Assembly: GCF_016432865.1 (NCBI RefSeq)
Contig: NC_067400.1
Location: 620,558,001-620,622,000, forward strand
DNA from: Antechinus flavipes
Lineage: Eukaryota
Direction: 5' to 3'
Length of the DNA: 64,000 bases
In this document: piece by piece, positions 50,671 to 64,000 of the stretch
Position numbering within the stretch: the first letter of the stretch is position 1
How the letters are laid out: the number at the start of each line of letters is the position of its first letter
Made by a program: the position numbers and the translations under genes
The notes under the pieces: generated by a model
What the model saw: the letters and a program-made list of their open reading frames with translations, nothing else
Databases searched by the model: none
What the model was told of the DNA's origin: nothing

Positions 50671-51449
50671 GATTCCAAATGTGGAACTGAAAATTATCTA
50701 GGATAACTCTTTATTATTCTCACTTAGAAGTGAAGTCTAATTAAAGTGAATATTGCCTGCCAACACAGGTGTATGGTTCAGTGGATAGAAGACTCTGATT
50801 TCTTTCTTTGTGAAAGAAGACTCAAGTTTGAATCCTATGTCACACACTTAGCAGTTCTGTGGTCCTGGGCAACTTACTGAATCAGAACCTTCTTCTGATG
50901 CTTCCCCACTCTCCTGCAGGTCTCCACCACCTCACATTTATCTATTACAACCAGCTGCTTACACGCTCTTCCTAAAGTAGTTGTCTAAACATTTCACGTT
51001 CCCCTTTGCAATGACTCCCTTTTGCCTCCAGGATCAAATATGAAATTATCTGACAACTTTACAACTTGTACTCCCTGCTAAATCCCCTGAGCTTTTCACT
51101 CATTATTTTTCCTTCTGCCCCAAAAATATCCTGGATATTCAGAAATACTGGCTCCTTTCCCATTTCTGGAACGAGAAACTCCACCTTGCGCCTGAGAATT
51201 TTCTGTTAACTGTTCCTCACCCCTGGAGTGTTCTCCTTCCTCACCTTTATCTTTTGGCTTTCTTTGAATCCCAGCTAAGATGTTGCCTTCTGCAAGAAAC
51301 CTTGCCAAATGACTCTTAATTTAGTGCTCTCCCTTTGTGGATTTTCTCAATTTTATTATACATGTTTGTGCAGAATTGTTTGTAGGTTTTCTCATCTATA
51401 AGACTGTGATCTCCTTGAAGACAAATGTATATATATATATGTTTGCAGA

Positions 51450-51775
51450 CTTGTAATGGACAATGCCTTGTATATCCAGATAAAGAACTATGAAGTCTAA
51501 ATGCAGATGGAAGTGTAATATTTTCCCTTTTTAAAACTTTGTTTTTCCTCTCTCATGTTTTTTCCCTTTTATTCTTATTCTTCTTTCACAATATGACTAG
51601 TATGGAAATGTTTAACATGATTGCACATGTATAGCCTATATCAGCTTGCTTGTTTTCTTGGGGAGAAAGAAGAGAAGGGAAGAAAGAAGAAAAAAGTGGA
51701 AGTCAAAAATCCAACAAAAATGAATGGTGAAACCTAACTTTATATGTAACTGGAAAAAAATAAAATACTATCAAG
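51450..51775 (+). mobile_element. L1 3'UTR fragment within an L2 relic (about 50920-51860)
   Basis: L1 3'UTR motifs ending aaataaaatacta; L2 tail at about 51800-51860. Confidence 0.7.
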
Positions 51776-52872
51776 ACAATAAGAAAAAAAGTTTTTGCCT
51801 TTTTTTTTATGCCTAGTGCTAAGCATGGTGCCTGATCCATAGTAGATGCTTAATAAATCTTAATTAATCCTTCTTAGCTTCTGGTTCTTTATCTATAAAA
51901 TGAGTATGATAATATTAGAAACCTCACTAGGTTGTTTTGAGGAACAAATGTGTTGACATATGTATAGTACTTCACAATCCTTAAATCACTATAAAAAGTG
52001 AAATATTAAAAAAAAAGAAAAAAATTTTAAAATTAAAAAAATAAAAAAGTGAAATATTAAATAATAAACCTTTTCTATGTACTTCCAAATGGACCTGGAA
52101 AAGATAGCTATCTTTGAAAGCAGAGAAGGTCCTGGTGTTCTCATCCTTATTCAATCCACACTTGGCATAATGTGCTCAGCTTTGAATGCCACATTCTAGA
52201 GATAGATTATTACCAAGAGGAGGAGAGTCAAGATGGTAAGGGAACTAAATCCTCAGTCAAAATGGCGTGTTTCTTCTGTCTCTTCCAAACGTACTGATCC
52301 AAAACTAGAAACAAGGAAGGGCCCACATGTTATGTCTGGATATTTCCTTCTCCTAAATATGTTTGTGACTGTGCTTGAATCCTCTGGAATAGCCTGGGGC
52401 TCAGCCTTTAGATCCAGAAAACTGACAGCCAGCAAGACATTATGAGACCTTGACTCTCTAAGACTCTGACCCATTTATTTTGTCATCTGTTTGAAAGTCC
52501 CAAAGGGCAATCCTGATAACTGAAGTCATCTATGAAAACCAAAATCTGTATTGAAATTCAATATTTCTTCCGGTTTCAACCATTAGAATATAAATAGGAA
52601 ACTAGATTTTTTTTTTGTTTTATTGGTATGGGGAGCCCCCAAGTGAGGAACTTCCTTTTATTATGCTTTTTGTACCTTCTCTGTGATTTATTTGTCTTGG
52701 AGCATTTTCTAGAGCAATGGAAAGATAAATGATTTGCCCAGGAAACAGATATGTGTACAGAGGGCAGCTTGAGCCCAGGACTTGATAGTTTCAAAGCCAG
52801 CCCTCTCTCCACTGAGATAAGGTTTAGTCAGCCCCTGTCCTTCAACTTTCAGAAAAGCGATTGAAGGAGTTC

Positions 52873-53802
52873 TTAGAAGACTTTCTTCTCTCCCAGTAAT
52901 TTCTTTAGGGCCTCTCTCACATCTTTGTTCCGAAGGCTGTAGATGAGGGGATTGAGCATAGGAGTTACAACACCATATAAAAGGGAGGCAAGTTTATCCT
53001 GCTCTCTGCTGGTCTTGTCCTGGGGCATCATGTACATGGCAATGGCTGTTCCATAGAAGATGACCACCACCGTGAGGTGGGAGCTACAGGTGGAGAAAGC
53101 CTTCTTTCTGCCCTCAGTTGAGCGAATCTTCAGCACGGCCCCGATTATGCGCCCATAAGAGGCAAGGATGAAGACAAAGGGAGCCAGGAGAGTCAGGGAG
53201 CTAGTGGCCATCATCAGCAATTCATTCAACCGTAGGTCACTGCAAGAAAGCTTAATGATGGCCAAGACCTCACAGAAGAAATGGTTGATGATGTGGCTAC
53301 ATACCTCCATTGGTGTGGCCAGGGTTGGTACTACTGAGAGGAAAAAGGCTAAAAGCCAGGATAATCCTGCCAGCTGGATGCAGAACCGGTCGTGCATCCT
53401 TACTGCGTAGCGCAAGGGGTCACTAATTGCTATGCAACGATCGTAGGCCATGACAGCCAGCAAGAGGCACTCCACAACCCCCAAGTAGAGAAGGGTACAC
53501 ATCTGGGCCATGCACCGGCCAGCGGAAATGATGGGCATTCTGACTAGACAGTTGATGATCGTCTGAGGGATGCTGGATGAGGTGAAACAGATATCCAGAA
53601 ATGACAGATTGCTAAGGAAGAAATACATAGGGGTGTGGAGCCTGCTATCATACTGGACCAAGAAGAGAATGAAGCTGTTCCCAAACAATATGATAAGATA
53701 GACTACTAGCAGCAGACAGAAGAAGATGATTTGGGCTCTAGGGTGCTCTGAAAGCCCAACCAGAATGAAATACGTCACAGCTGTGCTATTTCTTTCACCC
53801 AT
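52873..53802 (-). CDS. Olfactory receptor, family 13 (OR13H1-like), intact (309 aa), paralog of 35151-36086
   Basis: NST glycosylation site, LHTPMYFFLSNLS, MAYDRC, NHFFCE, KAFSTCSSHL and PMLNPLIYSLRN. About 74% identical to the other copy by hand count. Acceptor ctctttAG (53829-53828) lies 25 nt upstream of the ATG. Confidence 0.97.
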   Translation of the reverse strand: MGERNSTAVTYFILVGLSEHPRAQIIFFCLLLVVYLIILFGNSFILFLVQYDSRLHTPMYFFLSNLSFLDICFTSSSIPQTIINCLVRMPIISAGRCMAQMCTLLYLGVVECLLLAVMAYDRCIAISDPLRYAVRMHDRFCIQLAGLSWLLAFFLSVVPTLATPMEVCSHIINHFFCEVLAIIKLSCSDLRLNELLMMATSSLTLLAPFVFILASYGRIIGAVLKIRSTEGRKKAFSTCSSHLTVVVIFYGTAIAMYMMPQDKTSREQDKLASLLYGVVTPMLNPLIYSLRNKDVREALKKLLGEKKVF

Positions 53803-54739
53803 CTCCTTCCTTTGCTATTTTCGTCACCTAAAGAGCAATGGGAGTAAAACACATAGGGTCATGAAAATGGTCTCGATGGACATTTTGCATTTTGTTATGT
53901 ATTATGTTTGCAAGGGCTATTGGAGCTATTTAATGGAAAGTTTATGATTCTATGAGATCTTTCATGTCTTTGCAGAAGGACTGCAAGTTACTGTAGCCAG
54001 AGTAGTTCATCTTCTGGTGGCCTGCTTCTGTTGTTGAGCATCTCAACACTTAATAAGCTCATCTATAACAGATTTCTGCTCCACTGTCAGAGCTGTATGG
54101 GGAAACTTCTTCTATTGGGAGAACCTACAGAATTTTGTATTGTAAGGACACAATGTTCAAGGAGTCATAGTTATCTCCATACCTGATGAGTTCTTTATGT
54201 GGAAATAAGGGAGGCCACATGGCATAGCAGAGAGAGCAGTGGTTATGGTGTAAGATTATTGTTTCAAATCCTACCTCTAATGTTTCAATCAATCGTCATT
54301 TTTTAACCTATTTGACCAATATAGACTTCAGTTTCCTTATATGGAAAATAAGAAGATGGGACTAGATGGTTTTAGAAGTATCTTTTGATTCTAAACCTAT
54401 GATTATACATTATGGTGGTACCAAGAAATTACAGTGACTAGAAGAACAGCCATTTGTTTTTGCATGGTTCCTTATAATGACAATGGCAATAGTGAAAAGG
54501 TAGAATCAGGGCATGAAATCAGGATGAGAAATTAGAAGCTTTGATTCATTCCAGTTCCATTCCCTCTCCCCATAACTTACTGTGTGGTCTTAGATAAAGC
54601 CTCTCATGTTTCTGGATTGGAATTCGACCAGATGGCTCTTTTTAGTTCTGCTTCCCTCTGATATGGGGTCACGAAGAATCAGACATGACTAAACAACTTT
54701 ATGATCTATCCTGTCAGTGGTCATGTTCTATTCTTTCCA

Positions 54740-55400
54740 TCTTTATTATCTCCTTCACAGATCCCATCTCATTCCGGGCCCTCACCGTCTCACACCTAGA
54801 CTATTGCAATAGCCTTTTGTTTGGTCTATAGTCTACCAAAAAGATAGGTCTGGCTAGATCCTCTTTCTATATAGTAAACTACACTGGCTCCTTATTACCC
54901 TTAGGATTCAATACAGAATCCTCTGTTTGGCTTCCAAAGCCCTTTATGATTTAGTCCCATCCTTTATTTCAGTCTTCTTATGCTGTAATATTTCCATGTA
55001 CTCTACAATCCAGTGACATTGGATTCCTTACATTCTACCTGCACTATGCTCCATCTCCCCACTCTGCCTTTTCGCTGACTGGCCCCATTCCTGGAATGCT
55101 CTCATTCCTTATCCTCTTCTCCTGGATTCTGTGACTTCCTTCAAGTCTCAGCTAATATCTGAACTGCTTTAAGAAATTTGCTGCTACTTCTCAACTTTCC
55201 CCTCTGAGACTATACTCAGTCTCTTATGTTGTATTGTCTTTGATATAATTGTTCCTCTGTTGGCTCAAATATTAGACTCTGAGCATCTTGGGAGTGGAAC
55301 TTTTCATTACTTTTGTCTTTCCCTCTTGACCATTTAGACACAATGTCTGCCATCAACAAGAGGTTCTTGGTTACTACTAAGTGACTGACTAGTATGTATC
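54740..55400 (+). mobile_element. L2 3' relic
   Basis: cacacctagactattgcaatagcc and other L2 motifs. Confidence 0.7.
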
Positions 55401-58400
55401 ATCTATTTAGTGTTCACAAGTGAAAATATTATTATTCCCATTATGCAAGTGATGAAGCTGAGGTAAACATCTTGTTAATAAACAAAACAGGCAGTACCTC
55501 TGTAATGAAACCATACTGAAATGCATTTCCATTTTATCATGGATCTATCTCTAGCATAGTTTGTTAAAACTTTTTGGCTGACTGGTAAAACCTTAGAGCA
55601 GCTAATGCTTTCTTTCTGTTAATTTTTCCCTAATGATTCTGTACATAGCTTATTTTGCTTCTATTAACTTGTATATTGTATATTTTGCCTCTTTTTATAT
55701 TCTTAGCATTTAGTGCTGTGCTTGGCACATGGTGGGTGATTAATAAATGTTTATTGATCAATTGATTGACTGATGGTACAATAAATAGAACTGTGGACCT
55801 GGAGTCAGAAAAACCTGTTCAAATATGGTCTCAGACCAACTAGTCTCAGACTAGTTGTGTGACCCTGGATAAACCATTTAATCTCCTTTTGCCTCAGTTG
55901 CCTAAAAACTACAGAATGAGGATAATACTACTATTCACCCAGCAAGGTTATTGTGATGATCAAATCTGATAGTATCTCCTGGCTCATAATAAGCATAACA
56001 TAAATGCCTGTTCCCTCCCCCTTTGACTTTTCAGAATAATGTTTTTAATTATATAAAGTAAAATGGTTATAGAGGAAACTAATTAAATTGAAAAATCACT
56101 GTAAAATATATTTTAAAAGATGTCCCAGCTGAATAACATTTAATGCTATCATTATCCCAGTTTCACTTTTTCCATTGCCCTCCCATGAATGCAGGCCAAC
56201 ATTTTCCTCTTCAACTTGACCATTTAGGGATTAAACTCACCATTCACCTGACTGTAGAACTTTGAGCTAAGATTAAGCTCATGTCTAGTGAAATGCAGCA
56301 AGTGCTGAATGCGGGTTCAGAAGCTTGGGGTAGAGATCCAGCACCATTGCCTTCCTTGTATTTTCATAACTTTGGTTTCCCCATCTGTGAAATGATGATG
56401 AAAATACCCTCATTACTGTCGCATAGATATGTGGCTCCCCACATTCTCTGAGAGGGAATCTATTCATGTTAAAAGCTAAATATCAGAAACTTTGGCCTGT
56501 GTTTGCCCCATGGTCAGGGATATATTCCCAAGTACAACGAGAGGGTTGACCAAGCAGCTTGACTCACGCTTACAAAATTTTTTTGAATCTAATTCATGGA
56601 ATATTGTATCCTCCCCTCCCTAAGCTCTTTTATTAAGAAGTATTTCCAGAAAGTGTAGCTTATCCAGGAGAGGAGGGATTTCAGGATGGACAGCAATTTT
56701 ATAAGTGAAGAAGGGGAAGAAAAGCAGGTTACTGGCATAGGCTCATGGTCTCTTTCCCAACAGTTGGTATTACCAGAAAGAAGGATAGGGCTAGAAAAAA
56801 TCTTCTGTGTTATCTTGTCCATCATCTTTATTTTACAGAAGAGTAAACTGAGGCTCAAAGAGGTAAATTAATTTACATTGGTAAGTGAAACATCAGGGCT
56901 TCAAATCCAGGCCCACTGACTATGAGTTGAAAGCATTTTCCAGTGTACCATATTCCTATCTATGATTTATAGAATCATAAAATTAGAATCTTTCTCTTTC
57001 AAAAGATGTAAGACTTATTTTGTTATACTATCAAATGTAACACTAAGCAGTCTTAACTATTTTATCAAACACAATTGAAAATTAATTTAAAAGCTTTTTA
57101 TCCCGATCTCCCATTTGTTTCAGCATGTTTCTTCTTACTACACTTCGGATATTTGTTCATCAAGCGTCTTTTTGAATGTTGATGAACTCCCTCTCTTGTG
57201 AGGAAGTGCTCCTGAACTGTAATAATTTGAGTGTTTGTTTCTATATTGAGTCAATGTTTGCTTTCTTATAACTTAAAGAGTCAAACGATATCAGCCAAAG
57301 AAAGTGAGAAGGGAATTTCCAATAACAAAACCTGCTCATTTTGCAAATGAGAGAACCAAGGAAGAGACATCAGGTGACATATCCTAAATCACCTAACTTG
57401 TAGTTGTCTTAGCAAAGACAAGAGCCCCAGATCTTCTGTCTCTGAGTATGCCATTCCTGCCAAAAAATTACAATGGATTCTCACTCTTTCCTTTGGAGAC
57501 ACTCAGAAAACATCTCATTTTTCTTCTGACTGACAGTCATTCAGGTGTATGAAGGCTGTGATCACATCTCTCTCAGTTTTCTCTAAATCTTCATAATTTC
57601 CAAATCTTTCAACCATTTCAAATGATCCCTGGTTGAGGGCTTCCTCATCAGACTTGTTATCCTCCTTTAGATAGGCTATAGATTTTCCTTGTCCCTTTTA
57701 TCATCATACGATTATAATTAGAATTCCAAAAACTATATATATATATATTTTTACTATAAAGCACCCAATTTGATCCAATCAGGCAACTAATTCCATGGGA
57801 CAAAAGAGAGCATTCAAATCAAGTTGGACTAAACTTTCCAACCAGTTCATTCAATGCAGTCATTCCATCAAATTTGAATTTGAAATCACTTTCTCAGATT
57901 ATTAGACAGACCTGGCAATTGTAGATTCCTGAAAGAAAAAAAAAAGAAGCCCTTTTGGCCACAGGCTAATAATTACAATCTATCTCTGCTAACCAGTGTT
58001 GTTTGAATTGTTAAATGCTGAATTTAGGGTCAATAAGACATGTTCTGACCTTGCCCCTGATTAACACTAGTAATATAAATAGAGAAAATCATTGGCCTCT
58101 GGGACAGTTTAATTTTATCTTGGGTAAAGCAGTGACAACGACAATCATAAAATCTACCTCAGGATTGATTGTTGTAAGAAATATCATTGAAATCATTCTT
58201 TGGTTTTTAGCTTGGCCATTGCTTTGCTGTATGGCCACAGTTCATCTCTTCAACCTCTCTGATCACTTTCTTTTCAAGGAAAGATTAGGGCAAAATATTC
58301 TATATGAATCATGCCAGTAGTGAGTTAATTCATAATCTGTATCCTTCATTTTCTTTCATTTTGGTTTTATGGCATCCTAGGTTACACTTTCTTACCTCTG

Positions 58401-59287
58401 ATTCTGGCTACCTCTGTGATCTTTGGTAAGCCATTTAACTTAACCGGTCCTCAGTTTCCTCCTGTGGAAAGCTAGAGTTTGCCTAGATGATCTCTGAAGT
58501 CTTTCTCAGTGTTTCTGTTCTCAGAACCTGCCCAACTCTGACCTATTTTCTCTAATCACTTGAAATCCCAGTATTCTGTAGTCTGCATTTTAATAGTTTA
58601 TGTTCTAAAGTCCCTGCCATCTTGGATGTTTAATTCTTTTATGGAGAAGGTTGCCTTCAAGAATGTGTAGTTCATAGACTATTTTATAACTTCCTTTCAT
58701 ACAAACATTCACGTACATACATAAATACACGTGTGTGTATGTATGTATATATATATATATGTTACTACGCTCTCTATTTCATTCTCCTTCCTTCCCCTCA
58801 GGATTCTCTCTCTTTACTCCTTCTGAAGCATACTCCCTTGCACATATGGAAATAGAAGGAAGGAAGAGGGATATTCTGGAAGCCAGCTTTGTTTCCTCAT
58901 CTCTATCTCCCCTCCAGATCTACAGCTCCAGTTCCTGCCCAGGCCCCCATGACAACACACCTAAGAAAGGAAGACTTTTCCAAAGATGAGCGGCATATCT
59001 CCTTCAGATGCATAATTAGGGCTTCAGGGTCATTTCAGGAATTGTGGGGCTGTCTGTGAATTGTCTGTGAAATTAAAAAAGCTGCTGAAGTTCTATCTCT
59101 AGATGGCTTCCTGAAGTGTCTCTCTCTCCCTCTAAATTCTCTTTGCTCTCTGACACTATCACACAGGACTGTCTTTGTAATCATGTAGGTCTGATTTTTG
59201 GATTGAATCAAAGTGAAAGTCAGAGAATAATTGGGGAAGGAGATAAAATTGGCTTTCTTTTCTCTTCCTCATTTGTCTCTAAGGGCT

Positions 59288-59355
59288 GACGGAGGGACCT
59301 CAGAGGGACCAAGTACTCATTAAAATTAAAAGTTCTGAGAGTGGCTTGGGAATCA
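59288..59355 (-). promoter_or_regulatory. Putative promoter of OR 52873-53802 (homeodomain plus O/E module)
   Basis: Sense strand TTTTAATGA (59317-59325), 8-nt spacer, TCCCTCTGAG (59299-59308). Same spacing as 41519-41600. Confidence 0.65.
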
Positions 59356-61035
59356 GGAGCAAACTTTCCCACTCAGTCCTGAGTGAAAAAAAAAAAGTGA
59401 ATATGTAGTAGTTGAATTAACTCAGAAAACAAGTGATTAAAACAAGTTGGACAGCTAAATTGGGCAAAATAGAGACCACACCAAGAAATAATGTCAGTCA
59501 GTCAATGAGTATTTATTAAGATCCTACTCTGAGCCAGACACTATACTATAAGGGTTACAAATGAAGACAAAAGAAAATCCCTATTCTCATGGTTTACAGT
59601 CTAATGGGGAAAGACAACATGCAGCAACGATGTAATAAATAAGTGTTATATAGGCTAAACAGAAAATCAACAAAGCACTAAAATGAATGGAGAATCATAA
59701 AAGGCTTCCTGTAGAAGTCAGAGTTTTATTTTCTTCTTTGTCATCATTGACACAGAATGATTCAATCTTTTCAAATAACAGAGTTGGATGTGCAGGCTCT
59801 AGAAAAAACTTGGATCAGATCTCAGAAGGGCATTACTGAATATCTAGTCCACACATCTTGTTCTTTACTTTCTCTCTTTCTTCCTTACACATTTAAAAAA
59901 TTATTTCTTGCATTTAGGTTTTAGCAGTATTCCAGGAGTCCTTCTGTGTGACCCTGAATTGAATGGGTGGATTCAGCTGATTTTCTCTTTTTTTTTAACC
60001 TGTTATATTTTGAGAATTTTTTGATATATTTGTGTATATCTGAACTTTTCTATATCCTAACATCTTTTCCAGTCTCCCAGCTATCATCTTGCCCAACTTC
60101 TAACTTTGTTCATATATAGTTCACAATAATGTTTTTTACAAGAATATATAGATTTGATGGGAGGAGGAGAATGAATCTGAAACTTTGAAAAAAGGCAAGC
60201 TAAAGGTTTTTAAAGATGTTATTAGAAAAAATAGAAGAAGAAACCTATATAGTTGAGGGGAGAAATGGAGGTGGAGGTGGAAGGAAATGAAAAAAAATAT
60301 ACATATTGCAGGGACAGATTGGAAAGGGTTTGGCTAGTGGATAAAGAGATAAAGGAGTCAAAGATGGCTGAATGTTTAAGAACTAACAATTAAAAAGACA
60401 GTTTTTAAAAATCAGATCTCTTTTGCCTTGATGAACTGATGTTCATCCAAGATATTTGAAGAAAACATTTCCTTATATATGGATTGTAAGTGGCAGAATG
60501 CAACCCGAGGGAATGAAGGGTCAAGAATTGAGCATCTGGCGTGTGACAGCCAAATCCAACATGAAATCCCAAGACTGTGGATTATGGGTGGTGTCATGTT
60601 ATTGTGAATTTTTCACTGGATTACAGAGGTAGCTAGGTATTATAATGAATAGAACCCAGATTTGGATTCAAGAAGACTAGATCAAAGTGCAATTGTTGAC
60701 CTTTAAGGGTCTTTCCAATGCTAAATATATGATCCTATAATCATTGAATGTAAACAAGTTTATAATGACTGCCGCCATATTAGGAGTACTGTGGAAAGTA
60801 TCTTGACGTAAAACAGCCAAGTGATGTAATGGTTAGAGTACTGTGCTCAAAGTCAGAAAGTCCTAAGTTCAAAATCATCCTCAGTCACTTACTATTTATG
60901 TTGGGTCTACTTGGTCCCAGAAAGCAAAATTAGGAACATGGGAAGAAATTGCACCAAGTTAGGTTAGGTTTAATGTTTAAAACAAGAATAAAACCTAAAA
61001 CATCTAATTTGTGCTGATTAAGAGTAGAGTAAGCA

Positions 61036-61176
61036 GGGGCAGCTAGGTGGTACAATGATTAGAGCATTGGCCCTGGAGTCAGGAAGAGTTCAAATCCATT
61101 CTCAGACACTTAGCTCTTACTAGATGTGTGACACTAGGCAAGTCACCTAATCCCAATTGCCTTGCAAAGACAAAAC
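61036..61176 (+). mobile_element. WSINE1-like SINE
   Basis: GGGGCAGCTAGGTGGTACAATG...CCCAATTGCCTTGC plus an A-rich tail. Confidence 0.85.
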
Positions 61177-61286
61177 AAGAGTGGAATAGACTAGCTACAC
61201 ATATAACAGTCCTTCTGTTTCCTTTTTACATTTTATTTATAATTTATGGACTAAAACAAGCATTTTCATAGCAGTATAATAAAAAA

Positions 61287-62262
61287 GAATGGCCTCTTTT
61301 ACCTATTACAATATTCTGGAAGGAAAGGCCCTCAGGATTTCTGAATAAGACAAACATTTCCTATTTACATTTATTGAGTCAATTAGGGTTTAAACAATGA
61401 CCAATTGGGACTTGGCCTGGGACTATTGTTGGCCAATCAATGAGAGAGAGTGATTTGAGTTTAAGGCATGATCCTTAAGAAAGAAATCTAACCCATAAAC
61501 TCCAAGATATTATGGAAGGTTTCAGCATTAACATAATATATATATATATATATATACACATATATATTATATATGTAATCTCCATATATATAAAATATGT
61601 AATTATATATATAATCTCCAAGTATGTATGCATGCATGGAGATCCTTATCAACGTGTTAAAAGAAGATACTCATAATTTTGGGTGTCTTTAATAGTGCTA
61701 GAATATAAAGGCTAGAATAGGCTCAGACTACCAGACAGCAGGGAGTCCTTAGGACAAATGGAGCTGGAAACAGCAATGGTCACTTACTAGTGAAGAATTG
61801 TACATCTTATGGCCTTCTCATCATCAACATTGTTTTCTGTTTACCCAGTATGGTGCTATTATATTTGTGGATGTACTCACAAAAAGCATTGATATTTAAT
61901 AGACTACGTGATTCTAAGGAGAAGAGACAGATAGGATGTGAGAGTGATGAAGGCAATGTGTGATGCAGTGTGCTGGACTGATTTTTTGCCTCAATTCTTA
62001 TCTAACCTTAACCACTGAATGGGTGTTGCCTCAGTCAAACTGAGAGATTTGTTAAATATTTTAGCTTAAAAAGGCCAATGACTCCTACTGTATCTCAGTC
62101 ACCCTGATCTATATTTTACTACTAGGCCCAGACTGCACTGGGGGAGAAGGGAGGCAGGTGACTTTGTGAGCTCACCCTCACATAAATCCAGTTGACTTGC
62201 ATGTCATGATATCATCTCCTGGAAGTTATGGTCTTCTTCAAGAACAGAGGACAAACAACAAC
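61287..62262. mobile_element. Split WALLSI-like SINE: 5' half on the minus strand (about 61287-61530), 3' half on the plus strand (61983-62262)
   Basis: Both halves align to contiguous parts of the intact copy at 20320-20860; the plus half ends in an RTE tail ggacaaacaacaac. Confidence 0.75.
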
Positions 62263-63189
62263 TATCATTATAATAAAAAACATTTGATGACCGCTTGTTG
62301 GAAATTTTAGCTTTAAAACGATACTTTATTGATTTGTTTACAATTCACAGATGTGTTAGAGGACCTCTCTTTTCAGGTGAGCAAATGTGTTAAGGTCCTT
62401 TCAAGAATCAAAGCTATCTGATTCTGGGGATGCTCCTATGCCTCCAAATTGATCATTTTCTTATACAATATGAGGAGAAACTCTCAGCTCCTAGATAGTA
62501 AAGTGAAAAAAAAAAGACTTAGAAATGATCTGATTTATTACTCCCATTTTGTCAGTGAGAAAATGGAAGCCCATAGACATGAAGAGATTTGTGTGAGGTC
62601 ACCAAACTAATTCTGCTCACACAATTAGCTGTGATCCTAGAGCAGGGATTCAAACCTTTTTTCCCAACCTAAGCCTGGTGCTTTCTATTATAACAGTTTC
62701 CTCTGATTTCTTCTCTTCCACTTTCTCTTTTACTATGGTTCTTTCTTATTATTTCTGTCTGCAGTTCATAATTGAGGTGACAAATACAGCTTTATACATT
62801 ATATTTCACCATTGAAAGAGAGTATTTAAACAGGATAACCAAGGGCAAATACTTAAGGTTTTCTGGAAGAAGCAACTGCATCTAGTTTTAATATTCTTTA
62901 CTAAGAACTTGTTTTGGGGGGGGGGAGAAATAGAATGGGATTAAAAGAAGAGAAAACATGATTCCTACTTCCTAGGAGTTTGGAGAATTATTAGTCAGAC
63001 ATTTCACATACAAAAGAGAGAAAGTTGTCTATGAATAGATGTATATATTGAGAGAAGAGAGAGATCACATATGGTGGAGTGGTTAGGGAATGCCTTCATG
63101 GGTTGGGGGATAATTGAGCTGGATATTGAAAGATGGATGGGAGGCTTTAGTCTTTTTTTTTTTTTTTTTAATCAGTGACATGTACAGAA

Positions 63190-63385
63190 CATCTGTAACA
63201 AAGACACTCCATGTTTGCCCTTGAAAATTGGAGTCCATACACATTTAGAAGAATTGTACATTTTATCTATATAGGATTACTTGCTGTGGGGGGTGGGGAG
63301 GAGAAAAATTTGGAATACAAAGTTTTGCAAAGGAGAATGTTCAAAACTATCTTTGCACGTGTTTGGAAAAATAAAATATTATATA
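63190..63385 (+). mobile_element. L1 3' end
   Basis: ggagaaaaatttggaatacaaagttttgcaaagg...aaataaaata. Confidence 0.75.
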
Positions 63386-64000
63386 GAAAATTTTAGCCTA
63401 CTCCTTAGGCGCCTCCATTTTTCTCTTCTATACAGGAAGGTCTTACCAAAGTGAATGACATCTACCATGTAATCAGAAGATATAAGATCCTTCTTATTTT
63501 TCTAGTTCAAAATAGATCTGGAATGGAAGTATATTATCTAAAGTAAGTAGAGTCCTTCTATCTCTTACAATTTTCAAATAACACACCCCTAGAATGGTAT
63601 TGAGTTCTGGACACCATTTTTAGGAAGCAAATTGTTAAGAATGAGGAGACTAGATACTATATTATGAGAAATGCCTCTGTATGCTTCTTCTGCTATGCTG
63701 ATTCAAGGGAAGGAAGCTGGAGGATGGGTATATGTTGAATATATGATTTTTTCTTCCTTCTAAAAACTTAGGTTCTGTGATGATGTTTGGGAACCCTGTG
63801 ATAGCTTGAGAGTTAGCCTTTAAGGACATGTAATAACAAATCCTTTTTTACAAATCTCAGACTACATCTCTTAGATCACAACTGTTCATGATATTATCTC
63901 ATTTGCATTGAATGTTTTTTTGTTTTTGTTTTTTAAGGTTCATAGTTTAAAAAAAAGACCTTTTTTAGCCTTTCACTTTATTTTTTATTATTATAGCTTT

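Noticed and set aside
61800-61890. SYGLLIINIVFCLPS...QKAL as an OR pseudogene fragment
   Set aside because: Spacing to the KAF-like motif is wrong and no other OR motif lies in frame nearby.

Overview
AT-rich, repeat-dense mammalian DNA. The repeat content (WSINE1-, MAR1- and WALLSI-like SINEs, marsupial-type L1 3' ends) points to a marsupial, probably a dasyurid; this is an inference, and all repeat family names are from recollection of consensus sequences, not a database search. The window holds three intact, tandem, minus-strand class II olfactory receptor (OR) genes: a divergent, very GC/CpG-rich OR (14854-15813) and a roughly 74% identical paralog pair resembling OR13H1 (35151-36086, 52873-53802). 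Each has a splice acceptor just upstream of its ATG, and the pair shares a conserved homeodomain plus O/E (EBF) promoter module about 5.5 kb upstream. At the left is a CpG-island promoter (about 5.28-6.5 kb; NRF1-like, CCAAT, GC-box, RFX-like and CRE motifs) whose gene I cannot identify. It is followed by a tandem-duplicated, near-consensus CTCF motif facing the OR cluster. The rest is L1/HAL1, L2, L3, RTE, SINE, MITE and LTR relics, microsatellites and two assembly gaps. I did not find a clearly new biological system. The best leads are the candidate CTCF boundary, the GC-rich OR, an orphan O/E-site cluster and several small rearrangement scars that can be reconstructed from the window itself.
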